Source: Eledone cirrhosa (taxonomy: Eukaryota). Taken from it: DNA of 64,000 nucleotides. Each line of letters starts with the position of its first letter. The first letter of the stretch is position 1. The translations under genes and the position numbers were made by a program. Positions 42,587 through 55,914 of this stretch are shown one piece after another. Below the pieces are notes generated by a model. That model was not told where the DNA came from, ran no database searches, and was given only the letters and a program-made list of their open reading frames with translations. The DNA is taken from the NCBI GenBank assembly GCA_964016885.1, contig OZ024741.1, positions 232,500,001-232,564,000 of the forward strand. The letters run 5' to 3'.

Positions 42587-42590
<4 letters not shown>
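41221..42590. repeat. About 520-bp unit: two direct copies plus an inverted partial copy, bounded by (TA)n
   Basis: 41221-41733 matches 41745-42261; 42335-42590 is the reverse complement of the first half of the unit. Confidence 0.9.
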
Positions 42591-42645
<55 letters not shown>

Positions 42646-43198
42646 TACATTCAACACAGTAAGGGACTTTGGGGGCAGGCTGCAATTTCTTGGCTTTAAT
42701 CTAAAAGTAGATTGGGGACTTTTTCTGGTTGGGAAGGGGGAGTTCTATTGCTGGTGGTGGACATGGGTGCCATTGAAACTATTACTGTTGAGATATTTAA
42801 AATTTCATTTTGACTGGGTCACTAAGTCAGTCTGTGTATATATTTTAGAACATTCTTCTTTTCTAGTCTTTCCACTATTACTGTTAGCTTCCCTCTCCTT
42901 CTCAGCAAATTTTATGTTGTCTTTTCTTAAGTTAACAGAAAGTGGTGGAGGCGTAGTGGTGGATTTAATGATGGAGTGGTGGGGGCGATGGAGTAGTGGT
43001 GGCGCTGGTGATGGAGTAGTGGTAGTGTAGTGATGGCGTTGTTGTTGCTGTTGGTTTGACTCGGCTAGATTTTATAGTTAGTTTTTTTTTGCCTGTTTTC
43101 TGTTCAGTAGCTTTGTGGTTTGTCACTTATATTTAATATACATGTTGACATCCTTCCTTAATATTTGAACTAAACAGTTTGAGAGAGCTTGAGATACA

Positions 43199-43588
43199 AT
43201 AATTGTTTCTACGTTAGGCACAAGGCCAGCAATTATCCAGTGCATTACTGGTACTTTATTTTATCGACCCCGTAAGGATGAAAAGCAAAGTCAACCCCGG
43301 CGGTATTTGAACTCAGATCGTAAAGGGACGTAACTATGATGGAAAGCATGGCGTCCGACCCTCTACCGATACTGCCAATCCACCGCCCTTGAGATACAAT
43401 AATGATAATTGTTTCTACTATTGGCACAAGAGCAGCAATTATCCCAGTGCATTACTGGTAATTTATTTTATCGACCCCGTAAAGATGAAAGGCAAAGTTA
43501 ACTTCGGCGGGATTTGAACTCAGAGTGGCAAGGGCCGTAACTCTATGCGTCAAAGCATGGCGTCCGACCCTCTACCGATACTGCCAAT
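43199..43588 (-). mobile_element. Two adjacent tRNA-derived SINEs
   Basis: 43199-43390 (ttgagatacaataat duplicated on both sides) and 43405-43588. Confidence 0.9.
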
Positions 43589-43719
43589 AATGATAATGCT
43601 GGAATTGATGGTAGTGGTGAAATTGCCGTTATTTGGTTGTATTTAATGTACGCAGAGTGTTTTACTTCCATTTGTAAACTTTTCTTTTTTTTAATACAAC
43701 ATTTCTAATACAAAATTAA

Positions 43720-46170
43720 ATATTTGAGATATTCGCCAGTCTAACATCGTCAGTGGTGCTATTGTTTCCTCCCGTTGCATTGTATTTTCTACGCCATCTT
43801 TATTTAGTCAGTTCATATATATATATTTTTGTTGTTGTCTTCTTTGCGCATGCGTTTGCGTGTGTATAGTGTATTGTTTGATGTGTGTTCGTGATTAGGT
43901 GACTGTGTATTGGTTAATGTATTCTATCTTTACTAGTGTGTGTTTATATGTGTTTGTTGTTATTGTGCTTGTGTATGTATTTATTTATTCATCTATTTAT
44001 TTATTTATACTTCTCTTAGGTCGGTGTTGTTTGTTTGGGTGTTGTTGTTATTCCATTCATTTTTTCTGATAAGCCTTGGCCTTCTAAGTTCTATTTCACT
44101 GGTCTCTCTGATTTGCCTATCTGCTGGGTCATTTCTATGTTTAGATATTATTCTAATTTCTATGTTGTCTATGTTACCATCGTGTTGTTGTCTGGTATGT
44201 TCGTATAGTACTGAACATATTTTTCGTGTTGTTCTATCCTTTCACCTATGCTACGAGCTGTCTCGCCTATGTATGTTGTTGTCATGTTTCTGCAAGTACC
44301 CTCTGTACATCTTATGCTATAGACTACGTTTCTAGTTTTACAGTTTATCCGGGGGTTTACCTTACATATGATACATTTCCTATTAGTACAGTTGGTTTTC
44401 TTAAAAGGGTAGGTTTTGCTGATCAGGGATTTTATGGTGGTTCCTGGCTTTTCTACCACCTTAATCTTTAAGTGGGTTTTTTCAGGGCCTTTCTACACTG
44501 GTTAGCTAATTTCCCTCCAGGGGCAGCGTCCACAAACATGACACTCTGGTATCTCTGGTTGTCGTACCATGAGGTGGCTTTCCCTATCTTATGTCTAGCC
44601 CTATCTAAGCTATTCCATGATTTGCTCCTGTATAATGGGCAAATTCCTTTCCTGTCCAGTTCTATGAGGGTCTTATACTTCGCCGTGGCCCCTTCGTATA
44701 CTCCGATTCTGTCTCTTTGGTTGTAGCCAGAGAACTGCATGCGGTTGATACAGTGTTGGATGTGTCTTTCCATTTCTGTTGGGTCGCACATGCGGGACAC
44801 ATTATTCATCACTCGTACCAAGTCTGCGATCAGAATATTAAACTTAGCACTACTGGACATTACTGAGCTTTTGAGTATCAGGTATTTGGAGGCCATGGGT
44901 TTAGCATAGTGTGAGTGGAGAATTTGGGCTCTCTCGTCTATAGTGTTAATCCAGAGTTCCGTGTCTAATACAGGTAGTCTATTGTTAGGGTGTTTGGAAG
45001 GGAAGTCGATAGTTACAGTTATACTCTGGTGTATGGAATTAGCTATCTGCTGGATGTTTTCCATCGTGCTACGTTCTAAATCAAACTTGTTAGTGCTCTC
45101 TTGTGGGGATGTTCTTATTACTATATTGATGTCGTCTACCTAACGACAGTACACGATGAGGTCTATGGATCTCTCATTAAGGAGATCTTTAAGTCTCCTT
45201 TCCCACCATACCATAAAAAGGTTGGCAAAGTGACCAGCCAATGCTGCTCCCTCATTTTGGATATAGATCTTCCCGTTGAACTTGAATATGTGGCCCTTTA
45301 GAGTTGTTTTGATACTAGCCCCTATTGCATGTGCGACCATTTTTCTTACTTGATCATCGTTTTGGGGGGTCCGTATAGCTTTGGTCCACCCAATCCACCT
45401 TCCCATGGGAGTCTTTTTAGCCATTGGGGTTATGGTGGAGGGTCTACCTCTCATGGGTTTACTGGAGCAGAAACGTCTAAGCTCATGGCTGTCTAGGTAA
45501 TCAGTGTCGTAGGTAAGTCTAAGTAGGAGGCCCAGTTCGTCTGTGTCGACGTCGCAGAACTCCACCTCACTCTCAATGATCATCTCCACACATTTTTCCA
45601 CAGCAAAATCAATGTTAATGGATAAGTACAGTGACACCACATCCATGCTGCCTATTATGCAGTTGGATAGGTTCTTGTTTTTGTTGCTCTCACTGATTCT
45701 GCTGAGGAGGTCCTCTGTACTGTCACATACATCTGGGGACATCTTGATTATGGGGTGTATAGCCGTTGAGAGGAGGTAGGAGATCCTGTAGTTGCTAGCT
45801 ATATTTGCTCCGCATACGGGTCTTGTTGGTGGTCCTGTTGTCGGGTCGTCGACTGCCTTGTGGTCTTTGCGGAGCGCATCCAAGGGCGGTATGCCATTGT
45901 TAAACGCCTGGAAGTTGTTGGCAGTGCGTCAGCTTGACTTTAGGATGTAGGTCCACATCATCATGTGAGCGTTGAGGATTTTCTCTCTCCATCATGTATT
46001 TGCTGTGCAATTTGACTCGTGTTGGAGATGTGGGGTTGCATAGGCTTGATGTAGTTCGGCATGCTATCTATTGGCATCCTACCAGACTTATCCGTACGTA
46101 GATATACTACCTCACCATCCCTTGTGCGCTGCTTGAGGCTAACCAAGCCTTTTACAGGTTTCCAGGTGTC
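43720..46170 (-). mobile_element. Penelope-like element (RT + GIY-YIG), frameshifted, 5'-truncated
   Basis: ORFs 45140..45883 (GSMDVVSLY), 44468..45064 (LPVLDTEL) and 44169..44459 (VVYSIRC..YIGET). Confidence 0.9.
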
Positions 46171-47720
46171 AGCATAGCTGGTGACGTTGCCAACCTTTAT
46201 ATGGTATTGTGGGAAAGGAGACTTAAAGATCTCCTTAATGAGAGCTCCATAGACCTCATCATGTACTCTCGTTACGTAGACGATATCAATATAGTTATAA
46301 GAACATCCCCACAAGAGAGCACTAACAAGTTTGATTTAGAACGTAGCACAATGGAAAGCATCCAGCAGGTAGCTAATTCCATACACCAGAGTATAACTGT
46401 AACTATCGACTACCCTTCCAAACACCATAACAATAGACTACCTGTATTAGACACGGAACTCTGGATTAACACTATAGACGAGAGAGCCCAAATTCTCCAC
46501 TCACACTATGCTAAATCCATGGCCTCCAAATACCTGATACTTAAAAGCTCATCAATGTCCAGTAGTGCTAAGTTTAATATTCTGATCGCAGACTTGGTAC
46601 GAGTGATGAAGAACGTGTCCCGCATGTGCGACCCAACAGAAATGGAAAGACACATCCAACACTTTATCAACCGCATGCAGTTCTCTGGCTACAACCAAAG
46701 AGACAGAATCAGAGTATACGAAGGAGCCACGCTGAAGTATAAAACCCTCATAGAACTGGTCATGAAAGGAAATTGCCCATTATACAGGAGCAAATCATGG
46801 AATAGCTTAGATAGGGCTAGACATAAGATAGGGAAAGCCACCTCATGGTACGACAACCAGAGATACCAGAGTGTCATGTTTGTGGATGCTACCCCTGGAG
46901 GGAAATTAGCTAACCAGTGTAGAAAGGCCCAGAGAAAGACCCACTTAAAGATTAAGGTGGTAGAAAAGCCAGGAACCACCATAAAATCCCTGATCAGCAA
47001 AACCTACCCTTTTAAGAAAACCCACTGTACTAATAGGAAATGTATTATATGTAAGGTAAACCCCCGGATAAACTGTAAAACTAGAAACGTAGTCTATAGC
47101 ATAAGATGTACAGAGGGTACTTACAGAAACATGACAACAACATACATAGGCGAGACAACTCGTAGCATAGATGAAAGGATAGACCAACACTGGGCGGAAC
47201 TAAAAGGACGAAAAAACGGTTCAGTACTATACGAACAGGCCAGACAACAACACGACGGTAACATAGACAACATAGAAATTAGAATATCTAAACATAGAAA
47301 TTACCCAGCAGATAGGCAAATCAGAGAGGCCAGTGTAATAGAACTTAGAATTCCAAGGCTAAACAGAAAAAATGAATGGAATAACAACAACATCCAAACA
47401 AACAACACTAATCTAAGTATAAATAAATAAATAAATAGATAAATAAATAAATACATACACAAGCACAATAACAACAAACACATATAAACACACACTAGTA
47501 AAGATAGAATACATTAACCAATACACAGTCACCCAATCACGAACACACATCAAACAAAACATTATACGCAAACGCATGCGCAAAGAAGACAACAAAACAA
47601 TAAACAAATAAATAAATATATAAACAGACTAAATAAAGATGGCGTAGAAAATACAATGCAACGGGAGGAAACAATAGCACCACTGACGATGTTGCAGATG
47701 TGCAACGAAAGAACTTTGAT
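46171..47720 (+). mobile_element. Inverted partial copy of the same Penelope-like element; open 409-aa ORF 46201..47430
   Basis: RYVDD, LPVLDTEL, C..C..C linker and VVYSIRC..YIGET..R..QH GIY-YIG. Reverse complement of 43743-45247. Confidence 0.9.
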
Positions 47721-47964
47721 AAACTATATATAAATGTTTGTGTCTATATTGTATCTGTATTTTTGACCGTTGGTCAGTCAATGGCAACATTGAGGACCGA
47801 ATAAATTAAATTACCGATATAAAAGACACAGAAGCGAAAAGCGAAAACCAACCAAACTGTGAGTGTGTTCTGCTATTAATTCTGGCAATATTACGCAAAT
47901 ATGACCCTCCCCAAGTATAACAATATTTGTTTCGACACACGATTTCATATCAAAAACCTCGCAA

Positions 47965-48008
<44 letters not shown>

Positions 48009-48059
48009 ACATGGAGAAAAAGACGATTATTAAGAAGAAACATATATGTTTTCCTTTTT

Positions 48060-50026
48060 ATTTTTTTCTCTTTTTTCTGGAATAGAAAATGATTAAAACA
48101 AAATATTTTACTTTGTGTGAAGTGTTAAGGTATTAGTTAATTTATTTATTAATTAACAATGGCATTTATTTATTTATTTATATATTTAATAATTTTTCTA
48201 TTACCGGTTTCAGCATTTTTATGCATTATCAAATGATAATAATATGTATTGGTGTAAAATAGTGGTGTTGAACATGTTAAGGAAATGGTGCAGAAATAAT
48301 AATGTTATTTACAAACAGGGTTTATGAAGTGAAAAGAAAAAAGAAAAAAGGAAAAAAGGGCGAAATGTGGAAGATAATAGGGCAATGTGAAAGAAAAACT
48401 AATATTATTTACAGGCATAGTTCTTGAAGATAAGCAGATCAAAATGTGTTAATATAGTGCTTAGTTGATCCATGATAGAGGCAAATGGTAGTCTGGGGTT
48501 TGATATGATTTCCCTATTTAGAGAGTTAATATGCAGGGGGAGGTAATTCAGGGTAGGAGAGAAATGATGGATGGTATTTAATTATATATAATAAAAAGGA
48601 TTAGCTAGGGTGTAAGGAGGTAACTCTTTAGAGAGACATAGGTATTTGGATTTGTGTCATTGTTCGTTCCAGTTTTAGTTTAGTCCGAAGTTTAGTGCAT
48701 TAAGTAGAGGTTGGACTTTGTTAATGAAATACGTTTCCATATTGGTACGATGGATGAAAGTAGCGTTGTCTATGAATTTGTAAATGGGGAAAATTTTAAA
48801 GTTTGGATGTTGGTTGGGTGCACAATTGGGGTTCACTAAACGCAATCTTTCTGTATTCCTCTATTTTGATTTGTGATTTATGGACGGTCATACGTTGTCG
48901 GAGGCTGTTTTTTGTCTGTCCTATGCAGTGCTCTTGACAACCTGAGCAGGTCAAAACATAGATTAGGTTTTCAGATGCACATGTAAAGTTGTGTTTAAAT
49001 GTGAAATGTTGTCCTTGTTTAAAATGGAATGTTGAAACTTCTATTAGATTTATGCATATGCCACAGTTGGGCCTTCCGCATTTTTTTACTGTAGGGTTCA
49101 TTGTGAGGATTGGTTGGATTTTGGCTTGTGTGAGGATGTTTTTTATGGATTTAGGTTGTCTTTTGCTCTATATGATGTTGTGTGTTTGGGGGATTTTGTT
49201 CATTCTTGGGTCTCTTTTTAGTAAAGGAAAGTTCTGGAGGATGGTGTCGAATGCCTCGATGTCGAGGGGGTTGTGTGTGGAGATGTATGGTAGAGTTTTC
49301 TGTTGCGGTTCATTCCTGGGTTTGGGGTGTCTGAGTTCCTGGATATCGAGTTTTAGGGCACGTTGGAATCCATTGTTGATTAGGGATGGTGGGTAGTTTC
49401 TGCTGATAAGTGTGGTTTTTTAATTATTCTAGTCGTGTGTAGCATGTGTATTTATCTAAAACAATTGTGCAGATCCTCTGACTAGGTTATAAGGAATTGC
49501 CATTTTGGTATGTCGAGGGTGGCCCGAGTTGAATGGAAGGTATTGTTTGGAGGCTGTGGGTTTGTAGTATATGTCTGTTTCTATTTTGTTGCTTGTTTTC
49601 TTGATGAGGATGTCGAGGAAAGGGAGTTGTTCATGGCTGTAATCCATTGTGAATTGTAACTTTGTGTTGAGTCCATTTAGAAGGGTTTTAAACTCAATCA
49701 GTCTATCTATACTTGCATGCCAGAGGATGAAGCAGTCGTCCAGATATCTCTTCCAGTTCTATCTATGTGTTGGTAGAAGTGGTTACCGTATTTGTCTGGA
49801 ACTTTGCGGTAGAGAGTGGTTTCCAAATATCCCATGACCAGGTTGGCGTATGAGAGGGCTACTTGCGTGCCGGTGGCAGTCCCAGATTTCTGTCTGAAGT
49901 ATTTGGCATCGAATTCGAAGAAATTGTATTCCAAGATATAATTTGAGTCCCTCTAACACAAATTCTTTAGGGATGCGCTGTGGAAGTTCACTATGGAAAT
50001 TTTCAAGCCAGAATTGTACTGCCTGT
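48060..50026 (-). mobile_element. Penelope-like element (Neptune-like), degraded
   Basis: QKSGTATGT..A.SYANLVMG, LPFLDILI..DIYYKPT and CGRPNCGIC..FTCASENLIYVLTC..IGQT..LRQRM..H. U3-A8 hammerhead in the tail at about 48198-48235. Confidence 0.85.
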
Positions 50027-50637
50027 ATATATACAGTATATATATATATACATATATACACATGTACATATGTATGTATATGTATATGTGTATATACATG
50101 GGCGCATGTGTATGTAAATTCGCGGGGACATAGAAAAGGTCGGGCTGGACACCCGATCGCGCGGTTAAAGCACTGGGAGTGAAGGACCCCTAGCCTTTAT
50201 CAGCGCATTCTTCAAGGAGAAGGCAACTCAGGAAACTGGGATAACTCCGATATAAAACCTGCGACTTAGTAGTTACCGATGATGTTTATCTTTTCTTATT
50301 TTCGGGTTATAGCTACTGTCGCTCAGAGAGTGGGATTGGTTCAGTGCACAGTCTATACTCACTTTAAAAAGTATCTTCACGTACAGGCATTGCACGATAG
50401 AATTAATTAATAATTATTAATAATGGTATATCGTGCAATGGCCATACTCGATAACGAAGAGGCAGCCATCACATATGTATATATATATGTATATATATAA
50501 GTTTAACTCGGGTCCAATCGGGGGTAACCACAGTAAGTAAGGTACTCAATACATAGCAGATGATAGATATTTAATATATATATTTAAATATATGGTATTC
50601 TATATATATATATACATATATATAGACATATATATAC

Positions 50638-50713
<76 letters not shown>

Positions 50714-51966
50714 TTATTTACTTTTTAAACATGTATTGTACAAGCTACTGACACCTCTATAACACACATGCACAGCTCATGTGCAGATATAATCAGAGTC
50801 ACATCTTCCTATCTTATATGCTAAACAGAACCTAGACACTCGAAATTAATGGTTGAACCGCTCCAATCTCTAACTATATCAGTCTCTGATATATATCTCC
50901 TCACAAACTGATGCATCTACAAAACCCAAGTACTACTGCAATATCATCCTAAATATTTTATCTATCACATTCAGTCCTGATAAAGGTATTAACTCATTAG
51001 AAACTACTACAATACCAAATACCAAATAACAATGCCTCGATGTGGTCAATTGATCGTGTAGAAATAGCAGTCAAGCCTGTCTTATAAAAGTTGAAATGAA
51101 GATTAGATAAAATTGTTTTAGATACTCTTCAATTTGAGGAGTCAGAATACGTTAATAGGTCTGTTTGAACGGGGTGTTTACTAAATAGCAAGCTGTAGCC
51201 ACTACAACACCATCCTCAAAACGCATTTGGTACTGTCCTGTGTACCCTGAAGCTAATGGTATCACCCCAACAAATCGAAAACACATGGGCCTCTAGAAGC
51301 TAACTGAAGGGGAAGGATCTGTCCAGGATTTCATCTACCATTTTCTGTTGACTTTGCCCAACATATTTCAAATTAATATATGATAATATATTAAAATAGA
51401 AAGGACACAGATAATTTAGTCCTACATGCATTGTCCGAACAATGGACGAACGGTTATGTCAGGAAGAAACTTGCTCACAAGGCTGCTCAAAATTGTTCAA
51501 TCTGCGGCTAAACAACAAGAAGCACATCAGGCCAAACATTGTAAGATCTCATATGACCAACGATAATTTCAGAGGAATAATAATTATCACCAATTCAATT
51601 ACGACACTTTCTCACCATGACAACATCTAAAACAGCAACAAGCATACTGTTTGGACTGTGGAAATTAAACAATATACCATACTTCCATACTGTAAACCCT
51701 ATACTTCATATGGCTGTGAATAAGTACCCCACTAATATACCAAAATCACAATTTATTATTCGACCAAAAATCCACTATAGTTCTACTCGGTTACGGACTG
51801 TAAGCTAAGCCGTAATAACACCAAAAGCAATAATTGGCATCATAATTTAATCATTCACATAATTCCCCTTAAAAGATGTGCGTTATTTCTTACTTTCATG
51901 TAATAATTACAGTGTTTATTTTTCTTTTACTGGTCTAATGGATATTAAATTTGCTTTTTTCTTCAG

Positions 51967-52101
51967 AATGTAAGCCGGGAACATATGGCAGATCTTGTAA
52001 AGGGAAATGCAATTGTCGAAATAATGACATCTGCAGCCCAGTCACAGGGCTATGCCGTAGTGGATGCCCAAGTGGCTATAAAACAGTCACTTGTCAGACA
52101 G
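51967..52101 (+). CDS. EGF-like exon (type A), MEGF10/CED-1/SREC-like multi-EGF protein
   Basis: tttttcttcag acceptor and GT donor at 52102. 135 nt, phase 1-1, (E)CKPGTYGRSCKGKCNCRNNDICSPVTGLCRSGCPSGYKTVTCQT, 8 Cys. Lies inside ORF 51951..52160. Confidence 0.85.
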
Positions 52102-53023
52102 GTTTGAAAATTTCGTTTCCATTTGCTAGGATTGGATATGGAAAATATTGTTCTTCATAGATATGTTTTCTAAGAACGATAAGCTGGAGTTACCATACTG
52201 TACAAAAAGGGCGAGAAAAATGTGAACTTCAAAGAGCAATAACAAGGGAGACAACAACATTTACTAACCAGGGGCTCAATTGTGTGTCCTTAGAAAAGTG
52301 TCAACAACGTGTAACAATAAGCGTGGGAACAGCAAAGGGTTGCATGGATGAAGGAAATCCAATTGGTTAAAACAGTTGTTAGATATACACATTTTCATAA
52401 ATTAACCGTCGTTTCTCACTTTACATTGATTTACGATGTCTGACTAGCTTCGAATGTCCATTCATAAGGTTCGTAGAAATTGTGGCAAGTGTCTCGCAAC
52501 ATGACTTGGGTTGGTTCATTTTTTCAGCATAAGACATAAACTGTGTGGGAGCTCATAGCTGAACTACACATTTAATTGTAAGAGGCAGCCTTTTACATAT
52601 TCCACCACACTTGATTCTGAACATTTATTTTGTCGAATATACAAATATATAGCCGTAATTCAATGAATTTATTTACGTATAAATATTTCTTGAATGAATT
52701 TCTGAATTTCTGTTGAACCACTTATGGAATGTATATATTTAACACGTGAAAATTAGACTAGGCAATTAAAATTCCATTAACAAATTCATTGTTAGGCTAG
52801 CGGTTGAATCAGATTGTAGAGAAGTCAAATGCAAACAGACCATCACAATACTTAAACGAGGAAGAACATGAAAACGGAAGGAAGCTAAAAGACACCGATT
52901 CACCTTCATTATAAGGACGATAGAATTGGAGAGAATGAAATAAAGATAAAATGTGGTATGCAAATATAGAAACAATGTTAAGAGACAGAAATAAAGACAA
53001 AGTTTGGTTGGGATAAGTGAAAG

Positions 53024-53087
<64 letters not shown>

Positions 53088-53743
53088 GCAATGAATCTGC
53101 TCATAGCAGTTGCAAATCGACTTCTGACAGATAAGTATTGTGATGTGCTAAATTGAAAACATTCTCTGGGCGTATAATTTACTCAGGAATGAACATGCAA
53201 ACCCACCCATTCAATTGACATATTTACCACACTCTCACTGCGTAGTGGAACACCCAAGATACATTTTAAAACAGCCACATATCTGACATGAATGCTACCT
53301 CACTCCCTATTCATGGCAATCTTGTTGGCGGTAGTTCCTCTCAGGAAGGTAGTTCCTCTCAGGAAGGGCTTAACTGGGGATCTAGTGTTACTCATTTCAA
53401 CTAGTAACAAAGAAATCAAGAATCCTTAACTATATAATTCCTTACTTCAAACATCTATTTCTACAACCATTCAAATGGACATAAAATAGAAATTCTTAGA
53501 TTTTTCCTCAAATGATAAAGAAGTTCACATTTACTTGGATTGATTCGACTTTAGGAAAACAGGAAGACGATAATATGGTTCATTGCCAGAGAACATCTTC
53601 ACGAACCAAAGTATCGTCTTCCTGTTTTCATTCGGTTACAACGTTTTTCGAAATATTTATTTCTGCGTCCACAGATTGATATTTTTTAGTTCCAGAAGAT
53701 TCCGTTAAGGCTGAAAGCAGCGATTCTTTGCTTAAACTTTAAT

Positions 53744-53810
<67 letters not shown>

Positions 53811-53850
53811 CTAGCTGCAATACCCGGTAATACCCGGGAAAGGTGGGGGT
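53811..53850 (-). mobile_element. Helitron 3' terminus
   Basis: Minus strand cccgggtattaccgggtattgcagctag beside (TA)n. Confidence 0.5.
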
Positions 53851-54304
53851 ATATTCGCAGTTCCCAGAGTGCGCCTGAAAATGATAGCGACCCTGGGGGC
53901 ACATACTGGATTTTCAATAGCAACCTTTGCTAGGTGTGTTTATGGCAGATCAATTTTTCGTGTGGAACTATCAATAGCTGTTTAACTCATAAGTCCTTCT
54001 TCCATCCAGCTTTCTTCGTTCAGAGTGAATAGCCGCGGAAGTGTGAGCTCAAAGAGTATCGAACTTATTCAACAAACTAAAATTTTCTCTCAAAGACGGC
54101 ATGTTACAATTAACATGCCGGGAGTACGAATATTCGTCACCAATAGATCGATTTGGGTTTTATTCTTCGGACTAATCTCATGGTAAGCCAACTTCCAGGT
54201 CATTGATCATCGCACTGTTTCACTGTTTTGTAACTTATCACCGATTCCTGCAGTTGACCTTAATGTGACCTAAGCGTGTCCACGTGTTCAGAATACATAT
54301 CAGT

Positions 54305-54377
<73 letters not shown>

Positions 54378-54677
54378 GACTACTGTTCAGTCGTCAACCC
54401 AAATTAGATTGTCGTCTGTTTTGTTTGATAATTTTTAATGTATATTTCTAATAAATTGTTGCCTCGTTTTGGAGGACTGAGTTATGGGAGGTGGAAGGGC
54501 AGTAGTGGGCGGGAGGGTTTAACATACAGTAGTAGTATCTCCTCTTCTCCCTCTCTCAGTGAAACGTCTTCTCTTTCCTCCTCCATTGTAAAGATGACCC
54601 AGGGCTTCCATTATTGATTTTTATTGAAATACAATTAGCCATTCCTGTTTCTGAATATTAGCTTAACATGTGTGTAA

Positions 54678-55106
54678 TTGAATGACCTTAGAGTTGACTG
54701 GGGAGGGAATTTCTTTCTAAAAATATCTATCTTGGTATTCCTGTCTGAAATGCTGGCATACTTAAATTGACCTGCAGTGTGGGAGTTTCTAAGGGAAGTT
54801 CTCTTAGAAACTCCCACACTGCAGGTCAATTTAAGAATTGTTTCTACGTTTGGCACAAGGCCAGAAATTACCCAGTGCATTACTGGTACTTTATTTTATC
54901 GACCCCGTAAGGATGAAAGGCAAAGTTAACCTCGACGGGATTTGAACTCAGATCGTAAAGGGACGTAACTATGCTGGAAAGCATGGCGTCCGACCTTCTA
55001 CCGATACTGCCAAATCACTAAGAATGCCAGCATTTCAGACAGGAATACCAAAATAGATATTTTTAGAAAAAATTTACTTCCCCACTCAACTCTAAGGTCA
55101 TTCAAT
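54678..55106. repeat. Palindrome (centre about 54798) interrupted by a SINE
   Basis: ttgaatgaccttagagttga..gaaatgctggcat..tgacctgcagtgtgggagtttctaag is mirrored on the right; the right arm is split by the SINE. Confidence 0.85.
54836..55015 (-). mobile_element. tRNA-derived SINE
   Basis: Near-full SINE with taagaat duplicated on both sides. Confidence 0.9.
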
Positions 55107-55786
55107 CATTCAAACCAATCCCACCTACAGCTTGCCCTTACCATTATTAACAATGACTCTATCACCACCACATCTGTTTACCGTCTCCTCTACTCCACTC
55201 ACCCCTCCTCCGCCTTCCCCTTCCTTACCATAGCTCTTGTATTACTACCACACCTATCCCCTGTCCCTCAATCTCCTTCCTCTTTGTCACCTCCCTCTCC
55301 TTCATTTTTTTTCTTCTCCCCCTCCTCCACCTTTTCTCCTTCTTCCTTTCCTTCCTCTTCTCCCACCACTATTACCAATCTTAGCTAACAGTTGAAGCCA
55401 ACACCTTAAACTGCTACCACCCCTGTTGGTCAACACAAACGGGTAACGAAAGAAAACTTCTGACAAAAATATGAACTTTCCTCTCTAAATATGTATGTAA
55501 ACACGGAACATTTTTTTCTCCATGTTATCATTATTCGTATAAATATACAATTCAACTGCACTATACACCTCCTACGATGGAAAAGCATATAAAGCTGAAA
55601 CCGTTAAACGATTAAATGCGGAAATCCCTACTTTACCTACTTTATAAATAAATGTTTTGATATTATACTGAAAAAATCCCTCCAGTATATTCTTCTGTAT
55701 GTTTTCCTTTATACTATTTGTTTATATATATCAACTTGTGTGTCACATTTCTACATCCCTATATATATATGTACGTATATATGTTC

Positions 55787-55843
<57 letters not shown>

Positions 55844-55850
55844 GAGAGAG

Positions 55851-55912
<62 letters not shown>

Positions 55913-55914
55913 AG

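Noticed and set aside
46201-47430. 409-aa ORF as a domesticated host gene or active element
   Set aside because: It lacks the N-terminal half of the RT and is nearly identical to its broken inverted twin; recent insertion explains the open frame.
50140-50472. GC-richer block with a hairpin (cattgcacgata/tatcgtgcaatg), possibly a SINE or RTE leader
   Set aside because: Single copy in the window with no clear Pol III boxes or ORF; it cannot be classified from the sequence alone.
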